Source of the DNA: an uncultured Candidatus Saccharibacteria bacterium
GTDB taxonomy: Bacteria > Patescibacteriota > Minisyncoccia > UBA6257 > 2-01-FULL-56-20
Assembly (NCBI GenBank): GCA_964409535.1
Contig: CAYPDQ010000002.1
Coordinates: forward strand, 1-49,247
Direction of reading: 5' to 3'
Length of the DNA stretch: 49,247 nt
Shown here: in pieces, positions 33,733 to 42,762 of the stretch
Layout of the letters: every line of letters begins with the position of its first letter
Numbering within the stretch: the stretch's first letter is position 1
Notes under the pieces: generated by a model
The model's input: only the letters and a program-made list of their open reading frames with translations
Databases searched by the model: none
Told to the model about the DNA's origin: nothing
Made by a program: the position numbers and the translations under genes

Positions 33733-34002
33733 ATGATTAAAAAACAGAGCCCAAAAGACAAACTCACCAGGAAGGATTTGGAAATGCTTCTCAGGGAGCA
33801 AACTATCACTATTCTCACTGCGGTTGACAGCCGCCTTGAGAAATTTGAATCTCGCTTCAATAAGAAGCTTGACCAATTGATGACCACTCTAGATCGCTTC
33901 CTGAAACGACTAACCAACTCGGAGGATGAATTCATAATTCTCAAAAAAGACGTTAACCAAATCAAGGCAGTACTAAAAGAGAAGCTGGGCGTGAATCTGT
34001 AA
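33733..34002 (+). CDS. hypothetical coiled-coil protein (89 aa)
   Basis: ORF with a heptad-like pattern and a leaderless-type promoter. No family recognised. Confidence 0.45.
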   Translation: MIKKQSPKDKLTRKDLEMLLREQTITILTAVDSRLEKFESRFNKKLDQLMTTLDRFLKRLTNSEDEFIILKKDVNQIKAVLKEKLGVNL

Positions 34003-34007
34003 GTCGG

Positions 34008-34550
34008 GTGGATATGCCCGAGGAGTATCTGGACATCGTAGACGAAAACAACCGGCCAACCGGGGAGAAACGGCTGCGCTCCGAAGTGCATGACACAGGA
34101 CTGTGGCATCGCACTGTTCACATCTACCTTTTCCGAAAAAGCGGGGAGGGGCCGGATTTCTTGGTTCACTTGCGGGCGAAGACAAAGGACTTAAATCCCA
34201 ACCAGTGGGACACGCGTTTCGGCGGACATCTTAAATCAGGAGAAAAGGTGGAAAACGCCGTCGTCAGTGAACTCAAAGATGAAATAGGCCTTCAAACAGA
34301 ACCTTCTCGCTTGCTACAAGGAGAAACATACAAGCGCGACAAGTTTCCGAACCGGGAATTCACCCTGGTCTACTATTATGAATTTGACGGCGATACCAGC
34401 GAGCTGAAATTCAACGACGGCGAGGTGCAAGAGGTGAAATGGATGAGTACGCAGGATATCGTAAACTCCATGCAACAAGAACCGGACAAATGGGCGGGGA
34501 GCTTGAAGGGTTTTAGAGAAATATATGACTTTCTGATAAATGCAATTTGA
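34008..34550 (+). CDS. NUDIX hydrolase (IDI/NudF-like size)
   Basis: NUDIX box GGHLKSGEKVENAVVSELKDEIGL, with LWHRTVHIYLF upstream. Confidence 0.8.
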   Translation: MDMPEEYLDIVDENNRPTGEKRLRSEVHDTGLWHRTVHIYLFRKSGEGPDFLVHLRAKTKDLNPNQWDTRFGGHLKSGEKVENAVVSELKDEIGLQTEPSRLLQGETYKRDKFPNREFTLVYYYEFDGDTSELKFNDGEVQEVKWMSTQDIVNSMQQEPDKWAGSLKGFREIYDFLINAI

Positions 34551-35394
34551 TCCCAAAATAACAATAAACGGCATGGTTTTTGATTACGTTGACACTCAAC
34601 GCGACGGCGATACCGCCATTTACAAAAGCGAATCCGCCTATCTGCGAATCGGGGCGCCGGAAAAAGTCAAAAGAGACCTTGCGCTGCACAAACAGATGGA
34701 AAACTATGGTTTTCCTGTGGCCAAACTCCTTGCCGAAGGCGAACTGTGTGGAATGCATTACTTTGCCGAGGAATCCTTGGGCGAGAAGCACTTCGGCCAT
34801 ATTTTCCGGGACGAGACGGAGGCATTAGGCAAAATCAAAGATGAAACTTTTGATCGGTTCACAGACGTGTGCACGAAATTCGCCGAAGTCCAACTCAAAA
34901 CCGCAACTCAAGACAAAAACTGGGACGATTTCCGGCGAGGAATCCACTTGGATACGATTAATGAAGAACTTCCGGAAGATAAAAAGCGAATACTTGCGAG
35001 ATACGAACGCGCACGGGAAAGATTGTCCCCTTTTCCATTCGTCGTAACCCACGGTGACTTCGGCACGTTCAACATTTGTCCCGGGGGCGTAATAGACCTG
35101 CAAGATTCTTTTATGGGTCCGGCGGGATACGACTTGGGAGGCCTCATAGAAAGCCACAACTGGTTCCCCGAATCCAAGGACTATGAATTTTACCGACTTT
35201 TCAACTTCTCCCCGGAACAGAGAAAAAGATTTTTGGACAGGACTGACGGTATCTACAGAAAGAACGGATTGCCCAAAATTTCTGATTACTTAGACGAATT
35301 CAATTTCACACGGGGCGTCTGGTTCGCCGTAAGGATGGATGGCGTCCCGAAACTCCAGAAGTTCAGATACGAGGTGCTGAAGAGTTTGCTATAA
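34540..35394 (+). CDS. APH/choline-kinase-like phosphotransferase
   Basis: VVTHGDFGTFNICPGGVIDLQDSFMGPAGYDL matches the HxDxxxxN ... D catalytic and Mg loops. Confidence 0.7.
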   Translation: MQFDPKITINGMVFDYVDTQRDGDTAIYKSESAYLRIGAPEKVKRDLALHKQMENYGFPVAKLLAEGELCGMHYFAEESLGEKHFGHIFRDETEALGKIKDETFDRFTDVCTKFAEVQLKTATQDKNWDDFRRGIHLDTINEELPEDKKRILARYERARERLSPFPFVVTHGDFGTFNICPGGVIDLQDSFMGPAGYDLGGLIESHNWFPESKDYEFYRLFNFSPEQRKRFLDRTDGIYRKNGLPKISDYLDEFNFTRGVWFAVRMDGVPKLQKFRYEVLKSLL

Positions 35395-35395
35395 T
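35390..35395 (+). promoter_or_regulatory. -10 box (TGcTATAAT), 6 nt upstream of the GTG at 35402
   Basis: ttgcTATAATcaagccGTG. The 13-mer gctataatcaagc is identical to the one at 36151-36163. Confidence 0.55.
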
Positions 35396-35401
35396 CAAGC
35401 C

Positions 35402-35767
35402 GTGATTAAACGCCTGCATTCTACTCTATTCTACATAAGCGACTTGGAAAAGACCGCCAAATTCTATGAGGCGCTCGGTTTTAAGATTCAGAAAACAGAG
35501 GAGGCAATCAGGGTTAAAATGGGTAATTTTACGCTTGTATTTCTAGACGAGAATAGAACACCTATCAAAAATGAATCCGGCTTGAAACCCAAGGGTCTGG
35601 GTATTTACACATACGTGGAGGTGGAAAACGTTGACGAGTATTTCAAGTGGCTTAAAGAAAGAGGCGTCTCCCCGCGCACGGAGCCGCGGGACTGGCCTTG
35701 GGGCAAGCGAGAATTCGTGGTCAAAGACCCGGACGGCTATAAGCTGGTCTTCTACTCTGCCCTCTAG
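35402..35767 (+). CDS. VOC-family (glyoxalase/bleomycin-resistance) protein
   Basis: 121 aa. LFYISDLEKTAKFYEALGF ... FVVKDPDGYKLVF. Confidence 0.85.
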   Translation: MIKRLHSTLFYISDLEKTAKFYEALGFKIQKTEEAIRVKMGNFTLVFLDENRTPIKNESGLKPKGLGIYTYVEVENVDEYFKWLKERGVSPRTEPRDWPWGKREFVVKDPDGYKLVFYSAL

Positions 35768-35816
35768 TATTTACTTCCCCGAGCAACGCGTCTATGATAG
35801 CCGGAGCGAGGTGACC

Positions 35817-36128
35817 ATGAAAAGAGAACGGGTGTGGATCCGCATCGGCGGCAATGCCAAGCACATCAAGGACGGCGGGGAATACGGCTGGCGCTGTTTC
35901 GTGAGCCACGTCCCCCTCCGGGTTTTCCACGGAGACGAGGAGATCCCGTTGAAGCGCGTGGCGATCGACGGACTCGCCGCCGGCGACAAGAACTTCATTT
36001 GGGACCACTCCCCGGAGAGTCCCATCCTCGTCGCTTGGGTGGATATGTTCGGCAACATTACCATCCAGGACGGAGTGGCGCGGATAGAGCTCCTGCCCGC
36101 GCCGACGAACACAAGCACCCCTGCGTAA
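35817..36128 (+). CDS. hypothetical protein (103 aa)
   Basis: Internal ATG of the 35631 track ORF, located after the VOC stop. High-GC. Followed by the hairpin gtaagcac/gtgcttac (36125-36142) and TTTT. Confidence 0.35.
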   Translation: MKRERVWIRIGGNAKHIKDGGEYGWRCFVSHVPLRVFHGDEEIPLKRVAIDGLAAGDKNFIWDHSPESPILVAWVDMFGNITIQDGVARIELLPAPTNTSTPA

Positions 36129-36152
36129 GCACGGGTGCTTACGCTTTTCTGC

Positions 36153-36158
36153 TATAAT
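36153..36158 (+). promoter_or_regulatory. -10 box TATAAT, 6 nt upstream of the ATG at 36165
   Basis: ctgcTATAATcaagctATG. Confidence 0.55.
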
Positions 36159-36164
36159 CAAGCT

Positions 36165-36809
36165 ATGCTTAAGAGCGCCGGGAGGGAACCGCTAAGCAGT
36201 TTGTCCCATCTCTTGGGCGCATTGCTTGCAGCCGCAGGACTTGTGCTGCTTATCGTGGTTGCGGCAAAAAACGGCAGCGCGAGGCACATCACCGGATTCA
36301 CGCTTTTCGGGGTGAGTTTGATACTTCTATACGCTACAAGCTCCCTTTACCACTTTTTCAAAACCCCGGTGCTCAAAAAAATATTCCAACGCCTGGACCG
36401 GATCGCAATATACGTCCTCATAGCCGGCACGTATACGGCGGTGTCCTTGGCGTTGCCGAGTCGGAGCTGGGGCTGGAGTTTGTTCGGCGTGGAATGGGGC
36501 CTTGCCGTTTTGGGGATAACGCTGGAATTTTCCGGGTTCAAGTACAAAAAATATCTGTCTCAGGCGTTATACCTCTCCATGGGCTGGCTCGCGCTCATCG
36601 CCCTGCCGGTGGTTCTGAGCTCTTTCTCCGCAACCGCAATCGGGCTTTTAGTCGGCGGCGGAGCACTTTACACTCTGGGCTTCGTATTTTTCGTCCTGGA
36701 CCGTTTCGTACCCGCCCGGCCGTGGTTCAGGATGCACGATATCTTCCACTTTTTGGTCATAGCCGGAAGTTTCAGCCACTTCTGGATGCTCTTCCGGCAC
36801 ACTCTATAG
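36165..36809 (+). CDS. hemolysin III / PAQR family channel protein
   Basis: 7 TM segments, SSLYHF, DRIAIYVLIAGTYT, C-terminal HDIFHFLVIAGSFSHFW. Confidence 0.85.
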   Translation: MLKSAGREPLSSLSHLLGALLAAAGLVLLIVVAAKNGSARHITGFTLFGVSLILLYATSSLYHFFKTPVLKKIFQRLDRIAIYVLIAGTYTAVSLALPSRSWGWSLFGVEWGLAVLGITLEFSGFKYKKYLSQALYLSMGWLALIALPVVLSSFSATAIGLLVGGGALYTLGFVFFVLDRFVPARPWFRMHDIFHFLVIAGSFSHFWMLFRHTL

Positions 36810-36826
36810 AAATTTTTCCGTATCCA

Positions 36827-38656
36827 TTAGCCTTTGATCCCGAGCGCTTTGCGTCGGGCGGCCATCTCGTCCAGGGTGACTTTCCTCATCCGCACGCTTT
36901 TAGGCGTGACTTCCACAAGCTCGTCGTCGCCGATATATTCCAAGGCGTCTTCCAGATCCATTGTTCGGGGTGCGTCAAAGTGCCCGTCCAATCCCTGATT
37001 CTTGGAACGCATGTTGGACAATTCTTTTTCTTTGCAGACATTGACCGGCATGTCCTGGCTGCGGGAATTCTGTCCGACCACCTGGCCCTTGTACACTTCC
37101 AACCCCGGCCCCACGAAAAGCACTCCCCGATCCTGCACGTTTAAGAGGCCGTAAAGGCGGGTGATACCAGTTTCGTGCGCGACGAGCGAACCTTGCTCCC
37201 GCTCACGCCAGTTCCCGGGATCCGGGAAGTAATCCTCGAATATGGTATTCATTATACCAAGGCCGCGCGTGTCGGTAAGAAACTCCGTGCGATAGCCGAA
37301 AAGTCCGCGGGTGGGAATCAAAAATTCAAGAAAGGTCGTGCCTTCTTCCACGCGCATGTCCTTCAATTCTCCCCGACGGCCGCCGAGCTTCTGGATGACC
37401 GCGCCGGCATACTGCTCCGGGACCTCGATCAAGGCCCGCTCGTAAGGAGTTTGTTCTTCTCCGTCCACCGTCTTGGTTATGACCTGCGGCCTGCCAACCT
37501 GGAATTCGTATCCCTCCCGGCGCATGCGTTCTATGAGGATCGCGAGGTGCAGTTCGCCCCGGCCGGCGACGATCCAGCCGCTCCCAGCGGGCAAATCCGG
37601 GCCAACTGCGTCCTCGATCTTAAGCGCCGCGTCCGATTCCAACTCTTCATACAAACGCTCCCGGATCTGACGGGAAGTCGTGAATTTTCCTTCCCGGCCG
37701 GCGAAAGGAGAATCGTTCACGGAGAAAGTCATTTTGACGGTCGGTTCCTCGATCGCGAGAAGCGGCAAGGCCTTCGGAGCCGCCGGATCGGCGAGGGTCT
37801 CGCCGATCGTGATGTCCGGAATGCCGGAAACCGCGGCTATGTCGCCCGCCGCCACCTCACTCACGTCGTTTCGGCCAAGTCCTTCAAAGGTCATGAGCGA
37901 CACCAGGCGCAGCTTGTTGACCGCTCCCGCGCGGTTCACATGCGCAATTTCCTGTCCGTTCTTCAAAACCCCGTTCACCACCCGTCCGACCGCGATCCGG
38001 CCCTTGAACTCGTCCGCGAACAAACTGGTTACGAGCATCTGCAGCGGTGCCTGCGGATCTCCCTGCGGCGGCGGAATGTTCTTCAAAATAGCTTCGAATA
38101 CCGGACTGATATCCTTCATCTTGCCGAGATCCGGTTCCGTGCCCGCCAAACCCTGTTTGGCGGAAGCGTAGACCACCGGGAAATCTGCGGTCGCGTCGTC
38201 GGCTCCCAGTTCCAGGAAAAGACCGAGGATCTTGTCCAAAACCCAATCCGGCCGGGCATCCGGCTTGTCAATCTTATTTACGACCACGACAATGCGATGC
38301 TTCATTGCGAGCGCCTTCTTCAAAACGAAGCGGGTCTGCGGCATCGGCCCCTCTTTGGCGTCCACGAGCAAAAGACAGCCGTCCGCGAGAGTAAGCACCC
38401 GTTCCACTTCTCCGCCGAAATCCGCGTGGCCGGGAGTATCGATTACGTTGATCTTCACCCCTTGCCACTTGACCGAGGCGTTCTTGGAAAAAATGGTTAT
38501 GCCCCGCTCCCGCTCCAGTTCGTTGGAATCCATTATCAGTTCCCGGGGCCCGTCCGTTTTGAGACGAAAATCCTGGGACTGCGTTAAGAGCGCGTCCACC
38601 AAGGTGGTCTTGCCGTGATCCACGTGAGCTATTATCGCAACATTCCTCAATTCCAT
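36827..38656 (-). CDS. typA: translational GTPase TypA/BipA
   Basis: [50 protein letters not shown]. 609 aa. Confidence 0.95.
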   Translation of the reverse strand: MELRNVAIIAHVDHGKTTLVDALLTQSQDFRLKTDGPRELIMDSNELERERGITIFSKNASVKWQGVKINVIDTPGHADFGGEVERVLTLADGCLLLVDAKEGPMPQTRFVLKKALAMKHRIVVVVNKIDKPDARPDWVLDKILGLFLELGADDATADFPVVYASAKQGLAGTEPDLGKMKDISPVFEAILKNIPPPQGDPQAPLQMLVTSLFADEFKGRIAVGRVVNGVLKNGQEIAHVNRAGAVNKLRLVSLMTFEGLGRNDVSEVAAGDIAAVSGIPDITIGETLADPAAPKALPLLAIEEPTVKMTFSVNDSPFAGREGKFTTSRQIRERLYEELESDAALKIEDAVGPDLPAGSGWIVAGRGELHLAILIERMRREGYEFQVGRPQVITKTVDGEEQTPYERALIEVPEQYAGAVIQKLGGRRGELKDMRVEEGTTFLEFLIPTRGLFGYRTEFLTDTRGLGIMNTIFEDYFPDPGNWREREQGSLVAHETGITRLYGLLNVQDRGVLFVGPGLEVYKGQVVGQNSRSQDMPVNVCKEKELSNMRSKNQGLDGHFDAPRTMDLEDALEYIGDDELVEVTPKSVRMRKVTLDEMAARRKALGIKG

Positions 38657-38667
38657 TGAATTAAAAT

Positions 38668-38684
38668 ACCCTCCCGAAGAGGGT
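38668..38684 (-). terminator. terminator hairpin after the IMPDH-family gene
   Basis: ACCCTC-ccgaa-GAGGGT. On the minus strand the hairpin is followed by attttaatt. It lies 11 nt upstream of the typA start. Confidence 0.5.
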
Positions 38685-38733
38685 GTCCCCGTTTACGCCA
38701 TAAATAATATAATAAATCCCAACAAAAAGCAAA

Positions 38734-39789
38734 TCAGCCCTTGATCACGTCCAAATCGTGGACTTGGCCTTCGCGTACTGAGGCCTTGGTGATGCGCACA
38801 AACCTCGCCCGGCGGGGCATTTCCGGGATGGTTCTCGCGCCAATGTAGCCCATGGAAATCTTCACGCCTCCGGCGATCTGATTTACCACTTTCTCCGCCG
38901 AACCGCGGTAGCGTACGAGCGCTTCCACCCCTTCCGCCACCATGGTATCGCCCTTCTTCGTAAGATAACGGTCGCTGGACATCCTGGTTTTTAAAACCGA
39001 TTCCGACCCCATACCGCGGTACTCTTTATATTTCACCCCGCCCTTCATAATGATCTTGCCCGGCGCTTCGTCCGTCCCGGCCAAAAGATTTCCGAGCATA
39101 ACCGCGGATGCGCCCGCAGCCAGGGCTTTAGCCGCATCGCCGGATTTGCTGATGCCGCCGTCGGCAATGACCGGAATTTTCTTTTTCCTCGCTATCTCCG
39201 CCACCTCCATCACCGCAGCGAGCTGGGGCATACCCACTCCGCTTACCACGCGGGTAGTGCAAATGGAGCCGGGACCGACGCCCACTTTCACTCCGTCCGC
39301 GAATACAACCAATGCCCGGGCGGCCTCTTTGGTCGCGATATTGCCAACGATCAACCTGGAACGGGTGAGGCGACGGCGGATGTTCCGGGCGCTCCTTATG
39401 ACCTTCAAATTGTGCCCGTGAGCGCAGTCAACGACCACAATGTCCGCGCCCGCGGCTTGAAGCGCAAGCGCCCGGGCCTCGTCAAAAGGTCCGCAGGCGG
39501 CCGCGACCGGAAGGCGCTTGGCTTTCACTTCTTTTACCATCCGCGCCTCGTAGTCCGCCGTGCAGTTGCGGTGCAAAACCCCAAGGGCACCCAAGCGACC
39601 GAGAGTTATCGCCATTTTCGCCTCGGTCACCCGGTCCATCGCTGCGGAAAGTATGGGCAGATTTAAAAAGAAGCCGCGAGCGATTTCGGCTTTCAGGTTG
39701 GCTTCACTCGGCTCTATTTCGCTTGCGGTCGGCCGGATAAGGACGTCGTCAAACGTGAGCGCTTCGGGGAAATGGATTGCTTTGGCCAT
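38734..39789 (-). CDS. IMP dehydrogenase/GMP reductase family protein lacking the CBS (Bateman) subdomain
   Basis: [44 protein letters not shown] (catalytic Cys loop), and GGISKSGD. The sequence runs straight from HRN...VK to the barrel, with no CBS insert. Start set at the ATG at 39789. Confidence 0.85.
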   Translation of the reverse strand: MAKAIHFPEALTFDDVLIRPTASEIEPSEANLKAEIARGFFLNLPILSAAMDRVTEAKMAITLGRLGALGVLHRNCTADYEARMVKEVKAKRLPVAAACGPFDEARALALQAAGADIVVVDCAHGHNLKVIRSARNIRRRLTRSRLIVGNIATKEAARALVVFADGVKVGVGPGSICTTRVVSGVGMPQLAAVMEVAEIARKKKIPVIADGGISKSGDAAKALAAGASAVMLGNLLAGTDEAPGKIIMKGGVKYKEYRGMGSESVLKTRMSSDRYLTKKGDTMVAEGVEALVRYRGSAEKVVNQIAGGVKISMGYIGARTIPEMPRRARFVRITKASVREGQVHDLDVIKG

Positions 39790-39794
39790 ATCCA

Positions 39795-39800
39795 ATTATA
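39795..39800 (-). promoter_or_regulatory. -10 box TATAAT, 5 nt upstream of the ATG at 39789
   Basis: The minus strand reads cacTATAATtggatATG. Confidence 0.55.
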
Positions 39801-39804
39801 GTGA

Positions 39805-39810
39805 TAAAAT
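39805..39810 (+). promoter_or_regulatory. -10 box (TGaTAAAAT), 7 nt upstream of the GTG at 39818
   Basis: gtgaTAAAATagtaaatGTG. Back-to-back with the divergent -10 box at 39795-39800. Confidence 0.5.
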
Positions 39811-39817
39811 AGTAAAT

Positions 39818-40267
39818 GTGAAAGTCCGGGAGGTGATGGAAACCGAAGTGGTTTCGGTCAGGCCGGAAACCAAATACGAGGAGGCGGCGAAGATAATGGT
39901 CAGTCGTAACTTCAGCGGTCTGCCGGTCACGAACGATCGCGGCAAGTTGGTAGGGATGATCTCGGAAAAAGATCTCTTCCGGGCAATGTTTCCGGATTAC
40001 GAATCTTTTTCAGCCGAACCACATGCCTATCAAGACCGCGAAGCTCTGGAAGACAGGATCGAAGACATCCGCAATAACCCTGTCGAGATGTATATGTCCT
40101 GCCGGGTTCTGACGGTGCAACCGGAAACGCCGGTCCTCAAAGCCGCTGGGATCATGCTCGCCCACGGCGTCCACCGCCTGCCGGTCGTGGAGAACGAGAA
40201 GTTGGTCGGCATCGTCACCCGGGAAGACATCTACAGCGCGATCCTGAAACGGCATTTGGGTTTATGA
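39818..40267 (+). CDS. stand-alone CBS-pair (Bateman) domain protein
   Basis: Two CBS repeats: VREVMETEVVSVRPE...GLPVTNDRGKLVGMISEKDL, and VEMYMSCRVLTVQPE...HRLPVVENEKLVGIVTREDI. Confidence 0.85.
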   Translation: MKVREVMETEVVSVRPETKYEEAAKIMVSRNFSGLPVTNDRGKLVGMISEKDLFRAMFPDYESFSAEPHAYQDREALEDRIEDIRNNPVEMYMSCRVLTVQPETPVLKAAGIMLAHGVHRLPVVENEKLVGIVTREDIYSAILKRHLGL

Positions 40268-40683
40268 TAAATCTCACCGCGCACGCGCTTCTTTTCACCA
40301 TTGCGGCAATCGGCGTAAGCGAAACCTCGTATCTCATAAGAAAGAGGGTCGCGGCACAACAACCGGTTTGCCCCATCGGCGAGAACTGCTACACCGTTTT
40401 AAATAGTAAATACAACCGTACTCTCGGCGTTCATAACGACATTCTGGGGATGGCGTTCTACGTCGCCTTCGCGTTCATCGTGGCATTCCTGGTGATCGGC
40501 GTGGGCCCGGCGGCGCTTTGGCTAAAACTCGCCGGGTTTATGCTCGCGGGCGCGACCGCGATGTCCGCGTTCCTGATCTACGTCCAGTGGAAAATAATCA
40601 GGGCATGGTGTTTTTGGTGTCTTATGTCCGCGGCCACGGTCGGGCTGATGGACCTCATCATTCTCATCTCTACCCTAAAATGA
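40264..40683 (+). CDS. vitamin K epoxide reductase (VKOR) family protein
   Basis: 4 TM segments, a loop cysteine pair (CPIGENC) and the CFWC redox motif in the last helix. Confidence 0.75.
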   Translation: MINLTAHALLFTIAAIGVSETSYLIRKRVAAQQPVCPIGENCYTVLNSKYNRTLGVHNDILGMAFYVAFAFIVAFLVIGVGPAALWLKLAGFMLAGATAMSAFLIYVQWKIIRAWCFWCLMSAATVGLMDLIILISTLK

Positions 40684-41048
40684 GAAATTACGCTTTCCAT
40701 ATATTGCGGGTCGGCATCGCCGTCACCTTCCTCTGGATAGGCGTACTCATCTTCGCTTCCCCGGAGGCCTGGGGGAATCTCCTGCCCTCCTGGGCGGCCG
40801 GGATCATGCCGATGCCCTTGGAGCAAGCGATGCTCGGCACCGCGGTAACGGACATTCTCATAGGATTTTTCCTGCTTATCGACTTTTACACCTGGTTTTT
40901 CTCGCTCCTCGCGGCGCTCCATCTCATAATCGTCCTCATCGTCGCGGGCATCACCCCAAGCACCGCGCGAGACATCGGACTCCTGGCGGGATGCATCTCG
41001 CTTATATTTGAGACCTGGCCGTTTGACTGGCCAGGGCCGAAAAATTAG
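40680..41048 (+). CDS. small membrane protein (DoxX-like), apparent paralogue of 12194..12538
   Basis: The ATG at 40680 overlaps the VKOR stop (ATGA). 122 aa and hydrophobic, with ARDIGLLAG near the C-terminus. Confidence 0.5.
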   Translation: MRNYAFHILRVGIAVTFLWIGVLIFASPEAWGNLLPSWAAGIMPMPLEQAMLGTAVTDILIGFFLLIDFYTWFFSLLAALHLIIVLIVAGITPSTARDIGLLAGCISLIFETWPFDWPGPKN

Positions 41049-41097
41049 TATGCAGGCAGGTTCGGAAAGCCGATACTTGTAAACCAGGAGAAACCCT

Positions 41098-42711
41098 ATG
41101 ACTCAAACGCAAAAACACGCGCTACTCTCAGTGTTCAACAAAGCCGGGATCGCGGAGTTCGCCCGAGCCCTCGCGGAAGCGGGCTGGACGATCCTCGCCT
41201 CCGGCGGCACGGCGAAAACGATCATCGCGGCCGGAGTTCCGGTACGCGACGTCGCCGAACTCGTGGGCGGCAAAGCGATCCTCGGCCACCGGGTGGTGAC
41301 CCTGTCCCGCGAGGTTCATGCGGGACTCCTCTCGAAAGACACGCAGGAAGACGCCGCGGAACTCACAGCGCTCGGCATTCCGCGCATCGATCTCGTGTGC
41401 GTGGATATGTATCCCCTCTCGGAAGCGATCGCGGAGCCCCACGCGACCGTGGAGTCGGTCACGGAGATGACCGACATCGGCGGCCCGACCATGCTCCGCT
41501 CCGGAGCCAAGGGTCGGCGCATTGTCGTCTGCGATCCGGCGGACCGGGAGCGGGTTCTGCAACTCCTCCGGAACGGCGGCTTGGATGAGGAGGCGCGCCT
41601 GCTCCTCGCTGCCAAAGCCGAGTTCACGGTCGCCGACTACGTTCTCCAGTCCGCCAAGTTTCTGGGCGACGGCGAGTACGAGGGCTTCCTCGGCTCGCTC
41701 GCGCGGGAACTGTGCTACGGCGAGAACAGGCGGCAGAAGAACGCAGCGTTCTTCAGGAACGCGGCGGCGAACGACCCCCTCGCTCTGGACAAGTTCCAGT
41801 TGATTGAAGGCAACGACCCGAGCTTCGTGAACATGACCGATGTCCACCGCCTCTTGGAAACGGCCACGCGCCTCGGCGCGGGCTGGCAGGCGAACTTCGG
41901 ACAGGTGCCATTCCTCGGGGTGGCAGTGAAGCACGGCAACGCCTGCGGCGCGGCGGTCGGAGACGGGCCGGACGAAGTCATCCGCAAGGTGGTCGCCGGC
42001 GACCCGGACGCCATCTCCGGAGGGCTCACGCTCGTGAACTTCCAGGTGGATGCTCACATGGCCCAGCTCCTGCGCAGTCACATGATGCCGGAGGGCGCGA
42101 AGCGCATCCTGGACAGCGTGATCGCGCCGGGCTTCACGCCGGAAGCGGTGGAAGAGCTCGCGCGGAAGACCGGCAAATGCCGTCTTTTCCGGAACCCGGC
42201 TCTCGCGGGCGAGGGTCTGGGGACGGGAAGTTTGGACGCGACCCGCCGCTTCCGGCAGGTGCGCGGCGGCTTCCTCACTCAGGACGGCGACCCGTTCGTT
42301 CTGAAGCTCAAGGACGAGTGGCATGAGGTTCTGACCAAGCAGCAGGAACGCGACCTCGTGCTCGGCTGGGCGATCGGCTCCACCGCGAACAGCAATACCA
42401 TCGTTCTCGTGAAGAACGACATGCTCCTCGGCGGCGGCACGGGGCAGCGTTCCCGGGTGATGGCGGCGCGAGTGGCGCTTCTCTACGCCGATGCCTATCA
42501 TCGCGGCGAGGTCCGGGGGGCGGTCGCATATAGCGACAGCTTCTTCCCTTTCCCGGACGGACCGCTGCTCCTCGCGGGCGAGGGCGTTTCGGTCATCTTC
42601 GCGACCAGCGGTTCCATCCGGGACGAAGAGGTGGCGAAGGTCTGCGAAGACAACAAGGTCATCTTCCTCCGGCTGCCGGATGCGGAGGCAAGGGGCTTCT
42701 ACGGGCATTAA
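41098..42711 (+). CDS. purH: bifunctional AICAR transformylase / IMP cyclohydrolase PurH
   Basis: MGS-like N-domain (ALLSVFNKAGI...ASGGTAKTI, DLVCVDMYP, DIGGPTMLR), AICARFT domain (KHGNACG, NSNTIVLVK, GGGTGQRSRV, SDSFFPF). AGGAG SD 7 nt upstream. Confidence 0.93.
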   Translation: MTQTQKHALLSVFNKAGIAEFARALAEAGWTILASGGTAKTIIAAGVPVRDVAELVGGKAILGHRVVTLSREVHAGLLSKDTQEDAAELTALGIPRIDLVCVDMYPLSEAIAEPHATVESVTEMTDIGGPTMLRSGAKGRRIVVCDPADRERVLQLLRNGGLDEEARLLLAAKAEFTVADYVLQSAKFLGDGEYEGFLGSLARELCYGENRRQKNAAFFRNAAANDPLALDKFQLIEGNDPSFVNMTDVHRLLETATRLGAGWQANFGQVPFLGVAVKHGNACGAAVGDGPDEVIRKVVAGDPDAISGGLTLVNFQVDAHMAQLLRSHMMPEGAKRILDSVIAPGFTPEAVEELARKTGKCRLFRNPALAGEGLGTGSLDATRRFRQVRGGFLTQDGDPFVLKLKDEWHEVLTKQQERDLVLGWAIGSTANSNTIVLVKNDMLLGGGTGQRSRVMAARVALLYADAYHRGEVRGAVAYSDSFFPFPDGPLLLAGEGVSVIFATSGSIRDEEVAKVCEDNKVIFLRLPDAEARGFYGH

Positions 42712-42714
42712 AGA

Positions 42715-42762
42715 AAGCCGCGCAGTGGATCGGACGAATGTTCCGGATTTGCTGCGCGGCTT
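42715..42762. terminator. hairpin between convergent purH and purM
   Basis: aagccgcgcag (42715-42725) pairs with ctgcgcggctt (42752-42762): a perfect 11-bp stem with a 26-nt loop. U-tracts are weak on both strands. Confidence 0.45.
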
